A stretch of 64,000 nt of DNA. Source: Eimeria praecox (lineage: Eukaryota). Below the pieces are notes generated by a model that saw only the letters and a program-made list of their open reading frames with translations, was not told the origin of the DNA and did no database searches. The position numbers were made by a program, and so were the translations under genes. The stretch is taken from the NCBI GenBank assembly GCA_963920595.1, contig OY986947.1, forward strand, positions 1,674,001 to 1,738,000. The letters run 5' to 3'. Shown in pieces: positions 34,309-43,978 of this stretch. Position 1 is the stretch's first letter. The number at the start of each line of letters is the position of its first letter.

Positions 34309-35856
34309 ATGGGGATGACTAGACGTTTGGCTTTTTTGGCTATTCTTGTGGGCATCCCAAGCTTTGGTGGAGTGCTTGGGAATCCTCAAGGCGCCGTCGG
34401 TGGGCCTCTCTCTCTGGAAGCCGCCATTGATGTTATATTTTCGCGGATTCTCGATGACACAAAACACGGCTTGAGCAACGGCAACATTCTGCAGCGATGC
34501 AGCAAAAGTGGCGATCAGGCGGAGGGGAGGGGAGGGGAACGCTGCCGCAAAGCGTTGAAGGGGGAGCCTGAGGAGGCCCACGAGCTGCTGCCATTTCTCT
34601 TAAGAGACGAAGAGGCAGTAAAGCTGTGGAGAGATCATTTCAGGCGCCATGTGAACGATTTGGTGAGAGAGGCAGCTGATCACAGCGGCGCAGACACACC
34701 CCTCCACGGCCCAGTCTTGAAAACCCTAGCAGAAGGTGAGTTCTGGAGCAGTCGCCCAGCCGTGAGCAATGGAGCCCTGCAGCACCTGCAGCTGAAGATG
34801 CAGCGCATGAAGTTGGCAGCTGCCGAAGAGGGGAACAATCCTGAGCGGGCGGTGAGCTGGGAGGCGGAGGTCTCGCCGCGGTTCAAATATCACAGCATTA
34901 AGGACGCGAGGAGATTGATGGGGACGTATCTGAGTTGGTACGAAGATCCAGAGAAGCCTGCTGTACCTTTGGGGGAGCCTCTTCCAGTGAAGAGGTTTGA
35001 ACTGCGGACGGGGGAGCTAGAAAACGAGACGACAAACTTCGACGCACGAGAGGCTTTTCCTGATTGCAAGGATGTCATAGGGCACGTGCGAGACCAAGGA
35101 GATTGTGGATCATGCTGGGCATTCGCAAGCACGGAAGCTCTCAATGATCGATTTTGCATAAAGACGGGAGGGAAGCACTCGGAAATGCTGTCGCCGCAGC
35201 ACACCACCTCTTGCTGCGATCTGCTGCATTGCTTGTCTTTTGGCTGCAGCGGAGGACAGCCGCGCATGGCCTGGAGATGGTTTGCAAACGATGGGGTTGT
35301 AACTGGAGGGGACTTCAGTGAGTTGCACAAGGGCAAGAGCTGCTGGCCATACGAAGTGCCTTTCTGTCAGCACCACTCCGACGGACCTTACCCCCAATGC
35401 GAGGGGCCCCTGAGTAAAGCCCCTAAGTGCAGGAAGGATTGCGAGGAGGCGGACTACAGTGCGAACGTTCATCCATTTAAGGAGGATTTGCACTTCGCCT
35501 CCACTTCATACAGCTTGGAGGGCAGAGACCACATAAAGAAGGAACTCAAGGAGAACGGAACTCTCACCGGAGCCTTCTTAGTCTACGAAGATTTCCTCAT
35601 GTACAAAAAGGGGGTGTATCACCACGTCACAGGTAGCCCCATGGGCGGCCATGCAATCAAAGTGATTGGCTTCGGTAATGAAGATGGCAAGGACTACTGG
35701 CTAGCTGTCAACAGCTGGAACGAGTACTGGGGAGATAAGGGTACATTCAAAATACAAATGGGGGAGGCCGGCATAGATAAGGAATTCTGCGGGGGAGAGC
35801 CGAAAGTACCGGCAGGCGCAAGCCGCTTTTTGCAGCAGTCCGCGCAAGACTTATGA
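34309..35856 (+). CDS. Cathepsin B-like cysteine protease (papain family C1A), intronless preproenzyme; likely start MGMTRRLAFL (the ORF stays open upstream to 34069)
   Basis: Signal-like hydrophobic N-terminus; FDARE..PDC; QGDCGSCWAF (catalytic Cys); GCSGG; occluding loop CQHH; GGHAIK (His); NSWN (Asn). Confidence 0.95.
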   Translation: MGMTRRLAFLAILVGIPSFGGVLGNPQGAVGGPLSLEAAIDVIFSRILDDTKHGLSNGNILQRCSKSGDQAEGRGGERCRKALKGEPEEAHELLPFLLRDEEAVKLWRDHFRRHVNDLVREAADHSGADTPLHGPVLKTLAEGEFWSSRPAVSNGALQHLQLKMQRMKLAAAEEGNNPERAVSWEAEVSPRFKYHSIKDARRLMGTYLSWYEDPEKPAVPLGEPLPVKRFELRTGELENETTNFDAREAFPDCKDVIGHVRDQGDCGSCWAFASTEALNDRFCIKTGGKHSEMLSPQHTTSCCDLLHCLSFGCSGGQPRMAWRWFANDGVVTGGDFSELHKGKSCWPYEVPFCQHHSDGPYPQCEGPLSKAPKCRKDCEEADYSANVHPFKEDLHFASTSYSLEGRDHIKKELKENGTLTGAFLVYEDFLMYKKGVYHHVTGSPMGGHAIKVIGFGNEDGKDYWLAVNSWNEYWGDKGTFKIQMGEAGIDKEFCGGEPKVPAGASRFLQQSAQDL

Positions 35857-38800
35857 CCATTCGGTAATCATTAGAAGCTCCATAACCGCAGGGACCAAGG
35901 AGGCCGGTTTCGGGAAGCTTCACGTCACCGTTACCTTTACCGTTTTTGTTCCTCCTACTGCGTTAAGAATTGCAGGAGAGTGTAAGGGGGCACGATGCAC
36001 CCAGCATGGTCTGTTGTTATGTACATAACGGTGTTTGCGCAGATACGTGGTTTCGTTTTGACGAACTTAACAGGGTTCGTTGACGGATTCGCAGGGTACT
36101 CCCAGGTGCAGCAGTGCGCGTAATTGCAGAGGCAGGCAGTTTCAGTTTCCAGTGGCACCGGTGTTTTCCTTTCAGATGCATTGGGAGTAGGATATGCGTT
36201 CTTTGGCGCATTGAAACCACCCAAAATTCCCTTTTTTTCTAGTCCTTTGCGACTGGCCCTTTTTGAACAGTTGGCTTGATCTGCCTCCAAGTTTGTCGCC
36301 ACGTAATTGATTGCCTGTGTTAAGTAATCTTCTGCGCTGAGATAGTGGGAGTAGCAGGTGGGTGGTGGTGCACATGGATCTCGAAGCGGCACGATGGGTT
36401 CATAGTGGCTGCTGCAGTTCAGCTGATGCCAGAATTGGCCCGATGATGACGGGAGTCGGGTCGGACCCCACATTGCGAGGACGCAGAAGGGGACGGGAGC
36501 AGCAGCAAAGCAGCTTAAACAGTAGGCAAACAGCTTGTAAAGCCCGGGAGTGGGAAGAGGCTACATTGCAGCTGGTCCAGTGGGGTGATTCGGCTAACGG
36601 CGCTGCGCAAGTGTCTGCAAACTACACTGCAGTGTAGGCAGATCATGGAAGTAGGAACTATGTGGTACAAACGGAATCTGTGCTGAGAGGTAGAGCTACT
36701 CTCGAATATAGCAAGATGTAGCAGACGATACAGCGCAAGACGGAGCATAGAGGCATTTGGCCACGGGATTATTCACTATGCCACTTTCACACCAGCACGC
36801 TACTGGCGCAGTGCAGTTCAAATATGCAGGAGCATACTACAGTGCAGTACACGCTAGTGCTGCCACACCAATTAACTGTCGTACACTTATTTCACTGCAG
36901 TCCGTGCAGGGACGCCGTCTACTGCATTTGGTATGCAGCGTTTAGCAGTTAGTCCAGAAGAAGCCCTTCGGGTTTGAGGAAAATACCGACGCGGGGCGTT
37001 TACTGCATAAGTTGACAGTGCGGACACTAACCTTCCTGCTCGTGTTCAATATGCCACAGAAACCCATTCGTCCTCTAGGCTCCCTGGCTGTAGCCAGAAG
37101 AGCCGCTCAATTACACTGCATTCTAAATGAACAACTACTTAATTAGGAAGTATTGTAGCGCATATATACACGCACACGCTCTAATTGCATACACGCATAC
37201 ATTATAAGGACTTATTCCTCCAAAAGCGGTGCAGAGCTGGTGGAATGAGGAGAGGAGCTTTTTACTTTGCCTTCGCGAACGGGCTTCTTGGCGAGTATCC
37301 ATCTGCAGGACCACATCAGATCGAAGCAGCGAAAAAACAACATACCAATCAATATTGCTATCATTTACTTTGACCATCGCGCGCTGTACCCACAACTGCA
37401 TAAAAGGGAAACCACGGCTGCTCTGTGCTGGAACAAAAGGCTGCCAGGAAGTGTCGAAGAGTTTGTCCACCGGCTCGTTCGACGATACATTTTGTTGCGT
37501 ACACTGGGCCTCGTTTTAGAAAATGTTATGGCCTTTAATCTACTTGTACTGCAGTCTGGCATGGGGCTTAGCATTTACGGTTTAACGCTTAACATAGAGT
37601 GCGTGCTAGGGAGCTTTATCTAGAGCTGGATATATGAGGTGAGCCCAGGTGTGTATTAGGCTCAATTGCGTCAAGGAATGTTTGGAGCTTCTTACTCTGC
37701 GGGAATTGCCACTACCCACTGCAGGCCCCATGCTACGAAGAACAAGAATACAAGGACCCCGAAAGACAAGCAGCCGGCAATCCAGAGACAGGCTCCTTTG
37801 TAAAGACAGGCGCCCTGAAATAAAACACACTCACTCGCCTGCCCCTCAGAGCTTGGAACGCGATAGATGTGGACAGACGCACACGCGCACGGCCCTCAAG
37901 ATTCCTTCCCAACCGCTCAAGTGGCTCGTTGCTCTGCTAGTTCTACTGTTGCTACTGCTGCTCCTGTGACGCACGCACGCTGATCCTGACTCCTGTCTTA
38001 CCGCGAAGACGCAAGAGCACTCTTCGCCTTTTTCCTGGGATGTCTGCGGAAAAGAAGGATCCACAATGCACATACACCCGAAAAGCTTCCTGCACAGCCC
38101 AACCGTTGCTACCCCGGCGCTGAAACTGGCAAATTGTTTGGGCACTAACCTGCAAGGCAGAGACGGGGTTTGCCTCTGCGTCTGTTGCAGGCTGCTTGTC
38201 TTGCTCTGGATTTCCGTTGGCATGGCCATCGGACTGCTGAGCTAGAGAACCCTCTAACGGGGCAGCAGACACCCCATTGCTATCTCCCTTGTTCAGGTGT
38301 ATGTGGGCTATGAGTGGACTGGTGCCGGCAGGCGGCAACGGATCGCTGGAGCCATTTATAAGTATATCCTCCGTTGCTCTAGATTGATGGGACAAGCCTG
38401 AACTCATAATCAAAAGTATACGCATTAGTATACAAGCAATACTCCTGCATTATATTCCGAGGCCTCAAACCCTGGACACTAGCACGTATGCATTTCAACG
38501 TCGTTGCTGGCTAAGCACGTAATGGCTCTCGCGCAAGCATCTGCGACTGAAAAGGAAGTTCTTGGATTTTGCAGCTGACCATATGTGAGTCTGAAGAGGA
38601 GAAAAAGGCAGGAAAAAAGAAGAACACGCAATGATGCAAACATCATGCCGAGGGTCTAGACAATGCAGGCGACCACGCAAATGCATGCGGGGCTTGGAAG
38701 ATCATTGATGGGTGTCCATAAATACAGCCACTCCTCCAAAGGCATCCCTAGCAAAATGAATCCATGGAATCTCTGACTTAGGAAACGGCCCTAGGCTCGC

Positions 38801-40596
38801 GAACACGGCAAATGGAAGGGCAGGGAGAAATCGCCAAAGCAAATTACCTGAACGGGTTTAGGAATCTAAAACAATGCGTTTAATCAAGCAAGCGGGAAAT
38901 GGGGTGCAATAAACCAAGGGAAAATGGGACTATGGAAATCGCATGTAGTGGACAGGTAGTCAATCGATGGCTGCCTCTCGACGACCACTCGCTTCGCAGC
39001 ATCAAGTGGAGGTAAAAAATGAGTACACAGCTTCTTCTGTATATTAGGAAAAATAAATAATATTCTCTTTAGTTTTCCTTAAAAGGAGTCACAGGTGGCG
39101 ATAGTTCAACCAAGCGATTTTCAGGGCCACCGCATGAAATTCGGCTGGTCTACCCCGAAGTAGGAGGGGCCAGCGCAAACGCAGGAGAAACCATGTTGTC
39201 TGTTTCCAACAGATATCATATCTTTCAACTCGTCTTGCTTGCAAGGCTGCAGGCCAGCGGCACCGACAAACAATTATATTTTACGGATTAGAGCTCTTCA
39301 CCCTCCAGAAGAAGAACCCAGCCCAGCGCACAACACACAGCATGCATATCACCCACGCATCGGAATTCATACTTCATTTGAGGCTGCTTTTAACTGGCCC
39401 AGCCTTTATGGTCTTCTAGCTGCCTTCTTCATTCAACCCCCGAATTGTGGACCCAGTAAGACCAGCAGCAAGACCCTTGTTTATGCAGGGATGACCAGCG
39501 GTAGCATTGTTGTTTACCAGCAGAGGCAGTCAACAATTAGGGCTTTTCTTCCGTCGATGTAGAGACTTCGCACGTTCAATATGCTTGTCTCAGATCCCCT
39601 TCAGGAGTGATTGTGAGCATAGCGAACTCCAGGCGGACGAAGGCATCCGTCAGCAGGGGGGGAATTTGTGATGCTGCAGAGGCATTGAGTGGACATTTAG
39701 CCTCTAGTACGAAAACGAGCAGCTGGCGAACAAATGGAAGGAGCAGAACCATCACCAGAGACTCATGATGTTTCTGGTGCTTCAAGCAGGTGGCGGGGTG
39801 AAGATGAACGGGACCCATTTGTGCTTGCATCTGATCTCACAGCACTAGTAGGGGCTCTAATACATTGACCCCTCACTTGAGTACTGCACCAAATGCATAT
39901 AAAGAGACTATATGCCAGCGCTGAAGTGCTCGTTCACAAGCTGGTAGCCGGCATCTGGGTACTGCACCTCATGTTGAGGCCTTACGAACAGCACGGGCGC
40001 AACATAATACCTAATAATTTATTCCTTTAGAAGGCGTATGCATTCCTTCATATCGGGAGTGAAGCTCGTATACCATGCACTCTTCTTGCGTGGGAGGACA
40101 GCGCAGCAGGTCATTGCATTTTTCAGTGCAGCCAAAGGAATACAGGGCAGAACGGGGGCCACGTATCACAATATTCGAAGGGCACGCCAGTTTCGTAGAT
40201 TCCAACGTCAGCTGAACACGCTTTCTCCAGCGTGTGTTGGTCACTGTACAGCAGCTTATGCGGGATGCACTAATTATGCTACATTCCTTTGGTTGATGCT
40301 CATTTCTTTTCTTCACCGTGTACTAATTGTGCCAACATCTCGCGCTGAGGTAGCCTCGGCTAGCGTTCTTCAGTCTGTCTTAAGTCTGTAAGCAACTATG
40401 TGTTCCTTGTTGTTGCACAGGCCTCTATCCATGCCCGTAATGCGGAGGCGCTGAGTGCGGAAACGGAAAAAAAATTGGAGTTTCTACTGTAAGCTAAGAT
40501 GGCGGCCCCCTTTCTGTCTCCTCGTCGCCAGCCCAGGAGTAGCGAGGCTTTCCGCTGTCCAGGAGTTCTCGTGGCTAGATTCATGTCCGTAATATG

Positions 40597-40686
<90 letters not shown>

Positions 40687-41320
40687 AAAGCGAGTGCGGG
40701 CACCGCTTTGGTCCACCATTCAGTAAAGGCGCTGTAAACGCATTCTTGAAATGTTGCAACAGTCGCGTGGTAGCGCTGGCTTGTATACTATTGCTGCTAC
40801 GCTGTGCAGGAAGGAGTGCGCACAGCTTGACTTAGAGTGTGAGAAGATATTTGAACAGGCCAACGCGCAGGAAGAGCTTCCAAAGGAATCCTCTCGGCAG
40901 GAGGCTATGGAGTCCGCGCCGAAGCAAACGCCTACGACGTCCAGGAAACTTGATAAAGGAACTGAACCGGCTCGTTTCGTGCCCAAAGTAACGCGTATTG
41001 CTCCCAAGCCAACGCGGCTCCTGCCAAAGCCGAAATAGCTTTCCTTCACAGGAGATTACGCACCATCAGCACGACCCCCGCTCCGCACACCGATCCTGCC
41101 TCTACTTCTTTGATAGCCTTGCCCATTTCCACATACGCATCGAACAACCGCATACAAAAGAACCTACTAATAAAGCAGGCCCAGCCCTGGCAACTACCGC
41201 GTTAACAGGGTAATCACGGGATGTTCAGGCAAGGCGAAACACTTCTCCTTGAACCTAAAGGAGATGCATTATAATCCCGTCATCGGAAACGCTGATGAAA
41301 TAAAATTAGGACATGATAAA

Positions 41321-41410
41321 CCTTTTCAGTGCGATAAGGGATGCGTTCGCAGTTTGCTCATCACGGAAATCAGCGAGATTCCCATGAGCGAATGGCTCAT
41401 CCTCAAGGTG
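41321..41410 (-). ncRNA. Box C/D snoRNA, U79 (SNORD79)-like; copies every +2173 bp
   Basis: Minus strand: UUGAGGA (C)...AUGGGAAUCUCG-CUGA (D')...GUGAUGA (C')...CUGA (D). The D' guide pairs with conserved LSU CGAGAUUCCCA, and D'+5 is the A methylated by U79 (human Am3809). Target recalled, not searched. Confidence 0.85.
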
Positions 41411-41514
41411 TCCTAAATATGTATTTGCACGCACAACACAACATCCAGCTACTCACACTAAAACACAAAAGCACGCAAATCGTAGCTGCTCTTTCTCTAT
41501 ATAGGCTAGATGAG

Positions 41515-41599
41515 TATATCAGGCAATGCTCTTGACCGATCCTCATCAAAGCAAGTAGCTGCAGAAGCAGAACTGGCTTGAGGTCATATTTCATCCGCA
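41515..41599 (-). ncRNA. Box C/D snoRNA, U38/snR61-like; copies every +2173 bp
   Basis: AUGAAA (C)...GCCAGUUCUGCUU-CUGC (variant D')...UUGAUGA (C')...CUGA (D). The 13-nt guide is complementary to LSU AAGCAGAACUGGC (yeast Am1133). Confidence 0.82.
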
Positions 41600-42062
41600 G
41601 ATGCAAACGAAACGCAGATAAGCAAAGACATTACCACAATATTCACGCCCCAGTTACTTACAAAAAATAAATCAGAGAAATACGACGCATTATGCACACA
41701 AATACAGATACTCACTCATGCGGTGTAATGATGAATTTTAATGACAAGCATATATCGGACTACCGATGACGTAACTTGACATAACTGATGAATGCAGCAC
41801 CATTCCTCTCCTGCAGCCATTAACACCCTAGAAACAAAAACTGCACCCCATCATGCGTTCTCCTGCCTGCACTCATCAGCAAAGTGAGAATAGCGAGATG
41901 GAGCTTGATTCATAACTTTTTAGCAGTCGTATATATTCCATGCACCAGAATTGACAAGGCAATAAATAGCTTAGTCTAGGCTAGCACATGGCAGTACGTC
42001 AACTGCACATAAAACATAAAACTCTGTAAAGTTAGTTGGACGCATCGTCTTAGCCAATGCTC

Positions 42063-42141
42063 GCTCTCAGTCGAAAGATGGTGATTTGACTTGTAATCAT
42101 CACAGGCAATCCGTATATAAGTAATAACTCCATCACCGAGG
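42063..42141 (-). ncRNA. Box C/D snoRNA, U51/U32-snR39/snR59-like; copies every +2173 bp
   Basis: GUGAUGG (C)...CGGA (D')...GUGAUGA (C')...UCACCAUCUUUCGA-CUGA (D), terminal CUC/GAG stem. The guide pairs with LSU CGAAAGAUGGUGA (yeast Am807). Confidence 0.88.
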
Positions 42142-42432
42142 AAGCATGGGCTCTTGCAAACTACTTCTCTACACCATTTAGCAATGCCACTTTAACAGTG
42201 CAACTCAAAGGGAGCAGAAACGTTGTATCACACATCATGAAGTTTTCTTAAATTTCACGTCTGAAGAGACGGAAGCGACAAACTGCCACGTTCTGCTTGC
42301 CGCAGGGAAAATCGTATCGCTCCCGCGTTAGAAGTATTTGCAGCTAGTTTAACGCAACTGGAGAACAGCAGCTCCGAGAAGCGCTGATAAACTGCTATTA
42401 AACAACGTGTGAAGGGTATGGTAATGAGCAAC

Positions 42433-42512
42433 GCCATCAGACAGGGATAACTGGTTCAAAATGGTTTCCACAAGACATGCTTTCGGAAGCCAAGCGTTGT
42501 GGAGTCATCCTA
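42433..42512 (-). ncRNA. Box C/D snoRNA, snR38 (SNORD1)-like double guide; copies every +2173 bp
   Basis: AUGACUC (variant C)...AACGCUUGGCUU-CCGA (D')...CCAGUUAUCCCUGU-CUGA (D). The 14-nt D guide pairs with LSU ACAGGGAUAACUGG (yeast Gm2815); the D' guide pairs with the nearby AGCCAAGCGUU. Confidence 0.88.
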
Positions 42513-42944
42513 AATGCGGTGCTGCATTGGCAAAATGTGCCATCCCCCCCTTGAAGCAACTAAAATGCAGTTGATATCATGCGCCAACTCTTGCAACCAA
42601 TTGTCGATACATGCTGCTGCTGCGAACCACTGATTTAAGCTGCCGGTTCTAATACCTTTATTTGCAAGTGTCACAACATCCCTGTAGTAGTAACTGTGAA
42701 TTACTTAACCTACGCAAATGGAGTTACTGTAGCCCTAACCCCCATCGAAAACCCAAACAGTAACTCTAGTGTCAGCTTCTCCAGGGAGAAGATTCACGCA
42801 AAACCAAAGGCTTCAACACGGCTAAAACCTCTACCGAACCACCAAACAGGGAGCACCAAAATGCATATCGTAGCTAGTTGCTCCTGAGTCCTTATAGCTT
42901 CCGGATGTCTCAGGAACACATACCAAAAGGATGCTGCGGCGTTC

Positions 42945-43014
42945 TCCTTCAGAAGTTGCGACAGTAATTCCTCAATAACAGTTCAGAGAGAGGAACAATA
43001 AATTTATCATCCTT
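42945..43014 (-). ncRNA. Box C/D snoRNA candidate, paralog 1, guides complementary to the LSU sarcin-ricin-loop region; copies every +2173 bp
   Basis: AUGAUAA (C)...UUGUUCCUCUCU-CUGA (D')...UUGAGGA (C')...AUUACUGUCGCAACUU-CUGA (D); canonical C-D'-C'-D spacing in about 62 nt. Confidence 0.75.
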
Positions 43015-43071
43015 TAGCCGTTGTATCCCTTTTACAAAGGGGAATGCATGCACACATACACACTGCCAACA

Positions 43072-43141
43072 CATGTCAGGGGTTGCGACAGTAATTCCTC
43101 AATAACAGTTCAGAGAGAGGAACAAAAGAGTATCATCCTTC
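43072..43141 (-). ncRNA. Box C/D snoRNA candidate, paralog 2 of 42945-43014; copies every +2173 bp
   Basis: Shares a 44-nt core (both guides, D', C') with paralog 1, with its own AUGAUAC box C and CUGA box D. The flanks are unrelated. Confidence 0.75.
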
Positions 43142-43193
43142 TCGTTGGCAGCATGCTGAATGGCCGCGCCAAGTTAATGGTGTAAGGTGAAAT

Positions 43194-43322
43194 GGATCTA
43201 GCTGAACGCCGACGGGTACTCTACAGGCCCGTCCGTAAGCACCAAGCCTACATGGCTCTCAGCAGTTGTTTTAACGCGGCTTAGAAGTTAAGCAATGCAT
43301 CGTGCCCCACCAAGCCACGCAG
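43194..43322 (-). ncRNA. H/ACA-like snoRNA candidate; copies every +2173 bp
   Basis: Hairpin (GCGUGGCUUGG/CUAAGCCGCGU), then AAACAA (ANANNA), then hairpin (GCUGA/UCAGC with inner GACGGG/CCCGUC), then AGA instead of ACA; about 128 nt. Folded by eye only. Confidence 0.4.
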
Positions 43323-43379
43323 ATACCCTGCTTGATTCATCTATTAACTATAAATGCACGCGTACATAAGTCATTCTCA

Positions 43380-43463
43380 TGTTTCAGCGAACCTCAGTTT
43401 CAGCACTACAATTAATCAAAATTTGATTCATAGGACATGGATTATAATGTCGTCATCGGAAAC
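43380..43463 (-). ncRNA. Box C/D snoRNA candidate with no recognised target (orphan); copies every +2173 bp
   Basis: GUUU/AAAC terminal stem, AUGACGA (C), AUGA (D'), UUGAUUA (C'), CUGA (D); length and context match the neighbouring snoRNAs. Confidence 0.6.
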
Positions 43464-43908
43464 GCTGATGAAATAAAATTAGGACATGATAAACCTTTTC
43501 AGTGCGATAAGGGATGCGTTCGCAGTTTGCTCATCACGGAAATCAGCGAGATTCCCATGAGCGAATGGCTCATCCTCAAGGTGTCCTAAATATGTATTTG
43601 CACGCACAACACAACATCCAGCTACTCATACTAAAACATAAAAGCACGCAAATCGTAGCTGCTGTTTCTATATATAGGCTAGATGAGTATATCAGGCAAT
43701 GCTCTTGACCGATCCTCATCAAAGCAAGTAGCTGCAGAAGCAGAACTGGCTTGAGGTCATATTTCATCCGCAGATGCAAACGAAACGCAGATAAGCAAAG
43801 ACATTACCACAATATTCACGCCCCAGTTACTTACAAAAAATAAATCAGAGAAATACGACGCATTATGCACACAAATACAGATACTCACTCATGCGGTGTA
43901 ATGCTGCA

Positions 43909-43978
43909 TTCATCAGTTATGTCAAGTTACGTCATCGGTAGTCCGATATATGCTTGTCATTAAAATTCATCACCATTC
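43909..43978 (-). ncRNA. Box C/D snoRNA, U27/snR74-like (unit-2 copy shown; the unit-1 copy is inverted at 41731-41797); copies every +2173 bp
   Basis: GUGAUGA (C)...AUGACAAGCAUAUAU-CGGA (D')...AUGACG (C')...CUGA (D). The guide pairs with SSU 5' AUAUGCUUGUC (yeast Am28). Confidence 0.88.

Noticed and set aside
35955..38425. Possible multi-exon minus-strand gene (ORFs 37952-38425 and 35955-36473, some good splice sites)
   Set aside because: I could not build a phase-consistent model or recognise a domain. It is left unannotated but not excluded.
39579..39592. ATATGCTTGTCTCA, 14-nt identity to the SSU rRNA 5' end
   Set aside because: No convincing C/D box frame around it, and a match of this length is expected by chance in 64 kb versus several kb of rRNA.
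41400..41860. Intron-encoded organisation of the snoRNAs in a spliced non-coding host (GTAAGT/GTGAGT and pyrimidine-AG motifs on the minus strand)
   Set aside because: The motifs exist but do not consistently bracket each snoRNA, and one GTGAGT is lost in units 2 onward. RNA data are needed to decide.
42721..42766. Hairpin with CCCTAACC as a telomerase RNA template
   Set aside because: It does not match the TTTAGGG repeat (CCCTAAACCC would be needed) and lies on the strand opposite the snoRNAs.
42954..43125. 44-bp direct repeat pair resembling a CRISPR repeat-spacer
   Set aside because: Eukaryotic context, only two copies per unit with an invariant 'spacer', and no cas genes. It is explained as duplicated snoRNA paralogs.
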